From Zygnema circumcarinatum SAG 698-1b (taxonomy: Eukaryota > Plantae > Zygnematophyceae), in NCBI GenBank assembly GCA_037447605.1, contig CM074812.1, positions 2,666,001 through 2,730,000 of the forward strand: 64,000 bases of DNA, in the 5' to 3' direction. A program made the position numbers and the translations under genes. How positions within the stretch are numbered: the stretch's first letter is position 1; each line of letters opens with the position of its first letter. The notes beneath the pieces were generated by a model. That model did not search any database. It worked only from the letters and a program-made list of their open reading frames with translations, and had not been told where the DNA came from. Shown here one piece after another: positions 9,914-20,900 of the stretch.

Positions 9914-12900
9914 ATGGCGCGCGCTCGGTCACTTACTCTCGCAGTGGCGGTCCTCCTCTTTGTCGCCGCCGCCGCCACCCCGCGCGAAGCCGCCGCTCAG
10001 GACATGGACCCGCGAAACAGTGAGCCGCCGCGGGAGGGAGGGAGGGAGGGAGGGAGGGAGGGAGAGAGGGAGGGAGGGGGGAAGAGAGGCTGGAAGAAAG
10101 ATGGGGGGCAGAGAAGGGTGCAAAAAGGGAATACGAGAAGGGGAAGAGGGGATCCCCTCTCACCCCCCTTCCCCTCCCGGGGGGGGAGAGAGGGGGGTGA
10201 GAGGTTGAGGAGAAACGGGGAGAGGGGAGGAGAGGGCTGGGGAGGGGGAAAGAGGGGGAAGAGAGCGGGGAAAGGAGGTTGGGGAGAGTGGGATTGAGGT
10301 GGGGGTGGTGAGAAGTAAGAGGAGGAGAGGGGGGGGGAGAGAGGGAGGAGAGAAGGGGGGAGAGAGGTTGTGAGAGAGGGGGGAAAATAGGAGGGGCGAG
10401 AGGGGGGGAGTTCGGGGGGAAGATTGGGGAAAGAGATGGGGNNNNNNNNNNAGGGAGGGAGGGAGGGAGGGAGGGCGGGCGGGCGGGCGGGCGGAGAACC
10501 AATAACCAAGAACTGTGATGATTCCTTCGCTTTCTTTCTTTCCCTTCCATTCCTGCTTTGATGAAGCTTCTAATCGATTTCGTTCTTTTCCTTCATGCAG
10601 CTGTTCAAATCTGCGATGAACTACTTAACGACTATGATCACTTTTCCTCTTTCGACTCCCCCTTCAATGACATTGGAAACTTCACAGTATCAACTATTGA
10701 TGAGTGTGCAGCTCTATGTAATGCCAACTGTTCCTGCATTGCATTTGTACCTTCAGTCCCTCTTCCCTCGTATTGCTGGATTAAGGACAAAATTTATCCT
10801 AAAAACAATTGGCGTTTAACCCCTTCTAGAGACATCTATATGAGGAAGCGGCGAAGCAGTAAGTGCTCAAAGATAGCTTCCTTTGCTACCATTTGAAGAG
10901 GAGGAAAGCTAGATGACCTAGTGTAGCTTTCCATATGAGGAAGGGAGAGAGGGAGGGAGGGAGGGAGTCGAGGGAGGGAGGAAGGGGAGGGAGGGGAGGG
11001 AAGGGAGGGAGGGGAGGGAAGGCAGGGAGGGAGGGGAGGGAGGAGAGGGGAGGGGAGGGGAGGGGAGGGAGGGGAGGATTTCTTTTTCTCCATCGAATGC
11101 ATCCTGATTACAAACTAAACCACAGACTATTACAGGCTATTGTTTAAGAGGCTATTTCTATACAGACTCTCATTCGCAATATCCTCCTCCTCCCCATCCC
11201 CATCCTCGGATTCGACCCGTAATGTTCAACACCAACTTCGTTACTCGTCAAGTTCTGTTTGTAGTCTACGTATTGATGCTTGGGGTGCAGTCGATCATGC
11301 TCAAAGGATGCTCCATACATTGAGGTTTATCAACCAGCCATTCTAATTCCTATGTATTGCGATCGGTTTTGTGACACCTACAGGTGGAAAAAATCTGGTT
11401 CCTATTGTTGTTCCAACAGCAATTGCTGTTGGCCTTATTTCCGTAGCAGCGCTCCTGGTTTTCATTTGGTGGTTGCGCCGAAACAAAAGAGCTTCAAGAG
11501 CTTCATATAAAGGTGCATAGAATGGCTCCTTGCTCTGATCCCTTGCTTCGTCCTCTCTCTGCCACATATGCACATCGCAACTATCTCCGGCTCAAGCTGT
11601 GCACTATCTTCAATTTCGTTCATCCTTATTCATCGACCGCCTCCTATAGTCCACTTTGCTTTCCCAACAAAAAGCGTACCTCTCCTAATAGATCCCTCCC
11701 GTGAAACAACGCATAGACGACGATAAAATGTTGACCATCTATTTTCCTTCATTCAAATACAACAAGCAATACATTACTCACATGACCTATACAGAGCATT
11801 TTGGGCATATTTTCGCTCTGCTCTCGTTCTGCTGCATATTTGAGTCCGACAAGACCAATTCCCCTGTTATATTGCGGCGTACAGGCATGCCAAGAGGCAC
11901 CCCCTCGCCTCGAGGAATGCTCTCACGGGCCGGCAAAGGTGTCATTCAGCTGCCCGGAGGACATCTCATTCAAGCTTTGACCTTTGAAGAAGTTGCAGCA
12001 GCAACTTCGAACTTCAGCGATGAGAACAAGCTTGGAAAAGGAGGATATGGAACAGTCTACAGAGGGACTGCTCCCGATGGCTCCGTTTGGGCGTTCAAGA
12101 GAGCGCAGCGAGTGAACGATGGAGAGGCCGACGCCGAGTTTGAAGACGAGGTGGGATGCAAAACTTCATGGCAGAGGGAGTTTACTCTTCAGGAGAGAGC
12201 AGCTTGTGGAATGCTGCTGCATTTGATTGACTCCTTATCTTCCTTTCATTATATATTCCAAAATTCTTACCTCCATTTGCTCCTGACAATCATATGCAAT
12301 GACTTGCACTTGCAGGAGAGGTGCTGATATTGGGAGGGGAGGTTAAGTGCAGGTCAAACTGACCGCACCCATGGCGCACCGTAACTTGGTCTCTTTGAAG
12401 GGATTCTGCGCGGAGAAGGGAGAGCAGATTCTCATATATGAGTTTGTGGCAAATGGAACCCTAAAGCAGCACCTCATGTTGGATCCAAGTGAGGCCCCAT
12501 TCTCGATCACGCGTTCTTGAGTGAAGGATTTCCTTCCATTGCCTGCATTCTAAAGCCTTGCAAAGCCCGACCAGTTCCTCTTTCTTAAGTTAACTCTTTC
12601 CATGTACATTTGATGGCATCATCGCCATCGTGAGATCAATGCCACATCCCCATTGCATGTCATGTACATGCCATATGATGGCATGTGCCGTTGCGCCCAA
12701 ATCCTCGTGATTCCCCATGATGCGGATGTTTTCCATGGACATGTGATGGCATCATCGCCATCGTGAGATCAATGCCACATCATTTCCACGAAGAAAGGAA
12801 AGCTTTAACCATACTTCTTGTTATTTTCTATTTTAAAGCTGAACGGATAAGAAAACGCCGAGAGTGATTGAAAAATAATATCGTGTTTATCTATTTACAA

Positions 12901-14164
12901 AGGGATTCGTGTGCCTAGCTAGCCTAGCTCTAAGCTCATTGAAATGTGCTAACTTGAGCTAATCCGTTTTTTTCTTTCTGTTTTCTCTGTACACAGAGCT
13001 CGGCGGAGTCCCTTTAAGTTTCTCGCAGCGTTTGGAGATTGCCGTCGGCTCCGCGCGAGGGCTGCAATACCTGCACAGCTTCGGGAACGAGCCGGTCATC
13101 CATCGAGACATCAAGTCGGAAAACATTCTCCTTGATGCGAACTTGCAGGTGAGAGCCCGGCATGCCTTATTCAAACACACATGAATATACTTTTCTTACT
13201 TTTTACTAGACTTTACCTCTCTACCTATCTCAAGTTCCCCATGTTTATTATGCTCTTTTCCTTTGTCCCCGGCTCTGCAGGCCAAAGTCGCAGACTTCGG
13301 TCTTTTGAAGCCCTTGAATGAAGAGGCAACGCACGTGTCGACTCGCGTTGCAGGAACCATTGGCTACATGGATCCGGAGTACCGCCATCTTCACCGAGTT
13401 TCAACAAAGAGTGATGTGTATAGGTAAACACCACGCGGAGGGCTAAAGAGGGAGGAGGGTGCAGAAGGGCAGCGGATGAGAGTTACAAAAAGTGTCTACG
13501 CTTCACTCGATTTAAAGCAATTCAACACGTATGTGACTTCTGTGCCTAATGGTGTGAACTTTGCATGCATGGCTGCAGCTTTGGAGTGGTGCTCTTGGAG
13601 CTAATCTCAGGGAAGAAGCCGGTCGTAATGGCTGACCGGCCTACAGAAATAGAGCAGACAGTAGAGCACATCACTCTGGTACAGTGGGTGAGTTCTGAAG
13701 CGCCTTCATTCATCTTTGTACTTTTCTTTCCCACCCTTTGTTCTTCTTGCTTCTTGTTTTGTCTGTAACAGCTTAGATGTAACTATTAGTTTTGAGCCTT
13801 TTACTTTAATCTTATGCTGCTCAACTTGTTTGCTCAGGTGAACCTGCAAGCTCAAGCTGGGAATTGGACAACCATAGTTGATCCTCTCCTTAAGGAAGAC
13901 TACCCCCTTGAAGGCGCCAAGAGGTTCATTCAGCTTGCAAGATTATGCACACAACTGGAGAGCCGAGTGAGGCCGAGCATGCAGGAGGTTACAAGAATCC
14001 TTGAAGAGATAATTTCTGGAGGGGCTGTGGACTGGGAGAAGGACATTGGAACAGTACCAAATCAAACGATCCCTTTCCCTTATCAACAGGGGAGTGGCTC
14101 CATAGCAACAACCTCAAGTGAAAGCTTCATTCCTCCACTTTCGCAACGTCCAGGGATCCGGTAA
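9914..14164 (+). CDS. Receptor-like kinase A: signal peptide + PAN/apple-like domain + TM + RD Ser/Thr kinase (RLK/Pelle family), about 541 aa
   Basis: Exons 9914-10019, 10601-10858, 11384-11512, 11885-12150, 12353-12488, 12997-13148, 13281-13423, 13579-13687, 13838-14164, all GT-AG and in phase. [26 protein letters not shown]-like [48 protein letters not shown] followed by LRRNK. Kinase motifs [75 protein letters not shown]. Confidence 0.9.
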
Positions 14165-14622
14165 ATTAGGTCTGCCACTGCAACATCAAAACTTGTATTG
14201 ATGATTATGTTTTCTAATTAGGTCTGCCTCTGCATCATCAAAACTTGTATTGATGATTATGTTTTCTAATTAGGTCTGCCTCTGCATCATCAAAACTTGT
14301 ATTGATGATTATGTTTTCTAATTAGGTCTGCCTCTGCATCATCAACATTTGTATTGATGATTATGTTTTCTAATTAGGTCTGCCACTGCAACATCAAAAC
14401 TTGTATTGATGATTATGTTTTCTAATTAGGTCTGCCTCTGCATCATCAAAACTTGTATTGATGATTATGTTTTCTAATTAGGTCTGCCTCTGCATCATCA
14501 AAACTTGTATTGATGATTATGTTTTCTAATTAGGTCTGCCTCTGCATCATCAAAATTTGTATGGATGATTATGTTTTCTAATTAGGTCTATCATCAAAAT
14601 TTGTGTTGATGATTATGTTTTC
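14163..14622 (+). repeat. 52-bp minisatellite, 9 copies, starting at the RLK-A stop codon
   Basis: Unit taattaggtctgcc(t/a)ctgca(t/a)catcaaaacttgtattgatgattatgttttc at 14163, 14215, 14267, 14319, 14371, 14423, 14475, 14527 and 14579 (last copy has an internal deletion). The paralogue has one copy at about 17885-17940. Confidence 0.95.
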
Positions 14623-15199
14623 TAAGTTAAATAGATGGTTCACGGAAGCAAAGCTGAGTGCGAGGTCAATCAATTTATTGGTTACTTAATCAAAGAGCAG
14701 TTTGGTGAGGAAGTTTTCTGCAATATCAGTGACCAGACAGGAGCCAGTTCGTCCTTGTTGAAGGGACGGTTCCATTTTCTGGAAGGCTAACCAAATTCAG
14801 TGCAGAGAGAGAAAACAATCGAGCAGGATAGATAGCTTTGCCTTTCAATACAAAAGATGCAAGAAAACAAGTAAAACATACGACTTCAGTGCTTCTGGCA
14901 ATAAAGTTATTTTTTTAGGCTTTAGAATAATATAAGAAAAAGTTCAATAGTTCAATTTTTTTGCTGTGGATTTCAACTTTTGCCACGACTCAAGATTCAA
15001 GCAGTCCAAGGGATTTCCTGAGGAGAATGGTACACCGTCCCCCCTTCTTGGATATCCCATCCCCCTTTCGAGACATTTCGCACTTCCAGTTTGTCTATAC
15101 ACTCCCCCTATTTGGGATTTTATTTTTTATATATTTTTTACAAGTAGTGTTTGCAAACGATTATTCAGCGGCGTTGATCATTGCGTCCCCGGTAGATGA

Positions 15200-15385
15200 A
15201 CTTTTAGCTGCTGAACCACTGCAGTTGAAAAACCCCCACCAAATTACGACGAAACAAGGTCGATCTACTGCGCGCGTAATTTGGCGAGCAACCGGGACAA
15301 GAGCCATTTTGAGTATGTTGAGGGTAACAAATGTTCCGATTGCAAGCAACCAGGCCACAATTTATGAACTTGCGCTAATTAAAAC
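15200..15385 (+). pseudogene. Decayed MULE transposase C-terminal fragment
   Basis: Encodes LASNRDKSHFEYVEGNKCSDCKQPGHNL*TC, homologous to the fragment at 9367-9470, with an in-frame TGA. A GGAGAATG-family terminus remnant lies at 15022-15065. Confidence 0.65.
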
Positions 15386-16367
15386 AAAAACAATGCTTTT
15401 CCCTAGACATAGATTGTTGTATGGCTTGACATCAAGTCCAAAGGATGGGCTGCCGGATTCAAAGTGATTTGGGCAATTTCTCCTATATTCAAAATATGCG
15501 CTCTCTTGCGAACTTCACCCTCGTCCCTCCCTCCCTCCCTCTCTCCCTCTCTCCCTCCTCTCCCCTCCCTCCCTCCTCTCCCCTCCCCTCTCCCCCCTCC
15601 GCCCTCCTTTTGAGGAATGTTTTGGCAGGCTGGCTCCAGCGTTGTAGTTCTGTACACTGTACTGTAGGCTCCAAATGCGCAAACGCTTAGTCGAGTTTTT
15701 CTTTATTTAGGACCTTTTTATTCTTTGTTTACCCTTTGTTTCCATTGAAATGCATTATGTTCGATTGTGGATGTGAAGCTCTATGATGATGTAATGGTTG
15801 GCTTGCTTTGCGTTGCTTCTATCTCTCTCTCTCTCTCTCTCCCCAAAAAGTTGGCTGACCGGACGAAAAGTTCAGACCGGCTAGAAAACTAGCCAACATT
15901 GAAATGGGAATCTTTTCTCCACTAAAAGGATGCAAAGCAAAAACCTTCTCCCGTAATAAATGATGATAGCGTGGATCTTGCGAAGGAACAAATAAAAGCT
16001 ACATCGGCAAAAATAGTTTCTGGGCGACTAGTAGCTACCTCAATGAAACTGTTCTTTTCCGCTAGAAAATATTTTAGATAAAAAATTTCTTGTGCTTGCG
16101 TTCGATAAACTACTTCAATATCGGAAATGACAGTTTCTGATAGATATAGGATCTCAAGTTATCAAAAGAAGACCGCGAGAAACTAAACCATCCTGATAAA
16201 GTTGGCAGAAAGCTTGTAATGGGCAATTGCAGCTTCTAAAGTAAAAGTAGATTTTTCTACCACTAAAGAAAGAGCCAAAAAAATTCATTGCTTGATAAAA
16301 GTGGTAGTGCTAAACTAAACTAAAGTGCTGAGTTGAGAGTATTTAATGAGTCAATACCCAATACTCT

Positions 16368-17610
16368 CTTTTACCTGAAGCTGACTTTTGTAAAAAGCCT
16401 TGTAAGCTTTCTTGGTGGCCGGCGCGAGCTAAACTTTCTATTTTGCTTTGCGTAGAAAAATACCATTCAGCAATTCAGAAAACTGTGTGTCCTTGTTGCC
16501 TTCACAAACGGGCTCAAATATCTTGTGTAAAAAATAAATATCTAAATACAACAAGGTTAAAAAAATCGTTAATCGTTAATAAAACAGCGTTTCAAGCATG
16601 TCCTAAGAGTAAAGCTCCGGTAATATTTGCTGGCGGAAATAAAAAATAGTTCGGTCAGTTGGCTGGCTGGGAATTTGCTTCTCAGTTTCTTGACTAGTTT
16701 TTTGCACTAGTTGGAAAGAATAGTTTTTATCTTTCATAAAAAAAGTTGATGAACGGAATTCTCTCTCTTAAAAAGAACAGCTTCTTTGACGAGAAAAAAA
16801 GTCAAGATGCTTATTTATTTTTACAAATATGAGACCTTTTTCCTTGACTTACTATTCTTTTGACTACTTCTCTCAGACTTTTGATTGCCTCTTTGTTGTT
16901 TCTATTGTCTGACTAAGGCCATTTTTATTAGGCGATATTATCAGTATCAAAAAGAGATTGCCAATTGCTTCTTCCCCGCTCCAGTAAACTAATTATTTTT
17001 TTTTATTTAAAAGAGTTTGCTTTTTGAAAAATATCAATTTTTGAAAAATGGCCTTAGTCAGACAATAAGAACAACAAAGAGGCAATCAAAAGTCTGAGAG
17101 AAGTAGTCAAAAGAATAGTTAGTCAAGGAAAACGATCTCATATCTGTAAAAATAAATAAGCATCTTGACTTTTTTTTCTCGTCAAAGAAGATTTTTCTTT
17201 TCAAGAGAGAAAATTCTGTTCATCAACTTTTTCTTTTTTTATTTTAGATAAAAACTATTCTTTCCAACTAGTGGAGAAAACTAGTCAAGAAACTAAGAAG
17301 CAGATTTCCAGCCAGCCAACAGGCCGAACTATTTTTTATTGCCGCCACCAAATATTACCGGAGCTTTACTCTTAGGACATGCCTGAAAGCCAGATTTTAC
17401 TTACGATTTACAATTTTTTTGATCTTGTTGATTTTAGATATTTATTAGTTTACAAGATTTTTGAGCCCGTTTCTGAAGGCAACAAGGACACACAGTTTTC
17501 TAAATTGCTGAATGGTATTTTTCTACGCAAAGCAAAATAGAAAGTTTAGCTCGCGCCGGCCACCAAGAAAGCTTACAAGGCTTTTTACAAAAGTCAGCTT
17601 CAGCTAAAAG
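16368..17610. repeat. Long imperfect inverted repeat (about 560-bp arms, about 117-bp loop), AT-rich
   Basis: 16368-16925 (cttttacctgaagctgacttttgtaaaaagcc...gactaaggccattttt) versus 17044-17610 (aaaaatggccttagtc...ggctttttacaaaagtcagcttcagctaaaag). Many substitutions and small indels; no TSD seen. Confidence 0.9.
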
Positions 17611-17937
17611 TGACATTTACTTATTTTCTTTCATCTTTTTAAGAAAAGGCAAAGCTATCTATCCTGCACGATTGCTCTCCTCTCTCTCTCTCTCTCTCTC
17701 TGCACTGAATTTGGTTAGCCTTCAAGAAAATGGAACCGTCCCTTTAAAAAGGACGAACTGGCTCCTTTCTGGTCACTAACAGTGCAGAAAACTTCCTCAC
17801 CAAACTTCTCTCTGATTAAGCTAAGTAGCCAATAAATTGATTGAACTCGCACTCAGCTTTGTTTCCGCTAACCATCTTGTTAACTTAGGAAACATAATCA
17901 TCAATACAAGTTTTGATGTTGAAGAGGCAGACCTAAT

Positions 17938-20900
17938 TTACCGGATCCCTGGACGTTGCGAAAGTGGAGGAATGAAGCTTTCACTTGAGGTTGTTGCTAT
18001 GGAGCCACTCCCCTGTTGATAAGGGAAAGGGATCCTTTGATTCGGTATTGTTCCAATGTCCTTCTCCCAGTCCACAGCCCCTCCAGAAATTATCTCTTCA
18101 AGGATTCTTGTAACCTCCTGCATGCTCGGCCTCACTCGGCTCTCCAGTTGTGTGCATAATCTTGCAAGCTGAATGAACCTCTTGGCGCCTTCAAGGGGGT
18201 AGTCTTCCTTAAGGAGAGGATCAACTATGGCTGTCCAATTCCCAGCTTGAGCTTGCAGGTTCACCTGAGCAAACAAGTTGAGCAACATAAGAAGAAAGTA
18301 ACAGAGTCAAAACTAATAATTACATCTAAGCTGTTGCAGACAAAACAATCAAGCTGAACAAAGGGTGGGAAAGAAAAGTAAAAAAATGAATGAAGATCCG
18401 AAGTTTTGATATAGGGCGCTTCAGAACTCACCCACTGTACCAGAGTGATGTGCTCTACTGTCTGCTCTATTTCTGTAGGCCGGTCAGCCATTACGACCGG
18501 CTTCTTCCCTGTGATTAGCTCCAAGAGCACCACTCCAAAGCTGCAGCATGCATGCAAAGATCACACCATTAGGCACAGAAGGCACATACGTGCTGAATTG
18601 CTTTATATCGACTGAAGCGGAGACACTTTTTGTAACTCTCATCCGCTGCCCTTCCGCACCCTCCTCCCTCTTTAGCCTCTGCGTGGCGTTTACCTATACA
18701 CATCACTCTTTGTTGAAACTCGGTGAAGATGGCGGTACTCCGGATCCATGTAGCCGATGGTTCCTGCAACGCGAGTGGACACGTGCGTCGCCTCTTCATT
18801 CAAGGGCTTCAAAAGACCGAAGTCTGCGACTTTGGCCTGCAGAGCGGGGTACAAAGAAAAAGAGCACAATAAACATGTTGATCTTGAGATAGGCAGAGAG
18901 GTAAAGTCTGGTATTTTTAAAAGGTATATTCAAGTGTTTGAATAAGAAGGCATGCGCGGCTCTCACCTGCAAGTTCGCATCAAGGAGAATGTTTTCCGAC
19001 TTGATGTCGCGGTGGATGACCGGCTCCTTCGCGAAGCTGTGCAGGTATTGCAGCCCTCGCGCGGAGCCGACGGCAATCTCCAAACGCTGCGAGAAACTTA
19101 AAGGGACTCCGCCGAGGTCTGTGTACAGAGCAAACAGAAAGAAAAAAACGGGCTAGCTCAAGTTAGCACATTTCAATGAGCTTAGAGCTAGGCTAGCTAG
19201 GCACAGGAATCCCTTTGAAAGTAGATAAACATGATATTGTGTTTCAGTCACTCTCGACGTTTTCTTATTCGTTCAGCTGTAAAATAGAATAGTAACAAAA
19301 GTCTGGTTAAAGTTTCCTTTTCTTCGGGGAAATGAGGTGGCATTGATCTCACGATGGCGATGAGGCAATCAAATGTATATGGAAAGAATTAACTTAAGGA
19401 ACCACGAGAAACTGGTCGAGCTTTTCAAGGTTTTAGAATGCAAGCAATGGAAGAACAAAAAAAAAAAAAAGGAGAAAAAAAAAAATCCTTCACTCAAGAA
19501 CGCGTGATTGAGAAAGGGGCCTCACTTGGATCGAGCATGAGGTGCTGCTTCAGGGTTCCATTTGCAACAAACTCATATATGAGAATCTGCTCTCCCTTCT
19601 GCGCGCAGAATCCCTTCAAAGAGACCAAGTTGCGGTGCGCCATGGGTGCGATCAGGTTGACCTGCACTTCCTCCCCTCAAAATATCAGCAGCCTCTCCTC
19701 CAAGTGCAAGTCATTGCATATGATTGTCAGCAGCAAATGGGAGGTAAGAATTTTGGAAGAGATAATGAAAGGAAGATAAGGAGTCAACCAAATGCAGCAG
19801 CATTCCACAAGCTGCTCTCTCCTGAAGAGTAAACTCCCTCTGCCATGCAGTTCTGCATCCCACCTCGTCTTCAAACTCTGCGTCGGCCGCTCCATCGTTC
19901 ACTCGCAGCGCTCTCTTGACCGCCCAAACGGAGCCATCGGGAGCAGTCCCTCTGTAGACTGTTCCATAACCTCCTTTTCCAAGCTTGTTCTCGTTGCTGA
20001 AGTTCGAAGTTGCTGCTGCAACTTCTTCAAGGGTCAAAGCTTGAATGAGATGTCCTCCCGGCAGCTGAATTATGCCTTTGCCTGCACCCCTTGCGAGCCT
20101 CCCTCGAGGAGAGGGGGTGTCTCCTTGCATGCCTGTACGCCGCAATATAACAGGGGAATTGGTTTTGTCAGACTCAAATATGAAGCAGAACGAGAGTAGA
20201 GCGAAAATACGCCCGAAATGCTGTGTACAGTGTCATGTGAGTAATGTATTGCTTGTTGTGTTTTAATCAAGGAAAATAGTTGGTCGACAGTTTATCTTTG
20301 TCTATGCGTTGTTTCACGGGAGGGATCTATTAGGAGAGGCACCTAAAAACCGTAAAAACCCTAAAAACTTTTTGTTGGGAAAGCAAAGTGAACTATAAAA
20401 GGCGGTCGATGAATAAGGATGAACGAAATTGAAGATAGTGCACAGCTTGAGCCGGAGATAGTTGCGATGTTTCTGCGTGGCAGAGAGAGGACGAAGCAAG
20501 GGATCAGAGCAAGGAGCCATTCTATGCACCTTTATATGAATCTCTTGAAGCTCTTTTTTTTCGGCGCAACCACCAAATGAAAACCAGGAGCGCTGCTACG
20601 GAAATAAGGCCAACAGCAATTGCTGCTGGAACAACAATAGGAACCAGATTTTGACTCGATTTTTTTCCACCTGCAGCTGTCACAAAACCGAGAGCAATAC
20701 ATCGGAATTAGAATGGCTGACCGATAAACCTCAATGTATGGAGCATCCTTTGAGCATGATCGACTGCACCCCAAGCATCAAAACGTAGACTAAAAACAGG
20801 ACTAGAAGAGTAACGAAGGTGGTGTTGAATATTACGGGACGAATCCGAGGATGGGGATGGGGAGGGTACTGCTGCTGGAAGAGGGGAGGATATTGCGAAT

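Noticed and set aside
14163-14622. CRISPR-like array
   Set aside because: Head-to-tail 52-bp units with no unique spacers, no cas genes, eukaryotic context.
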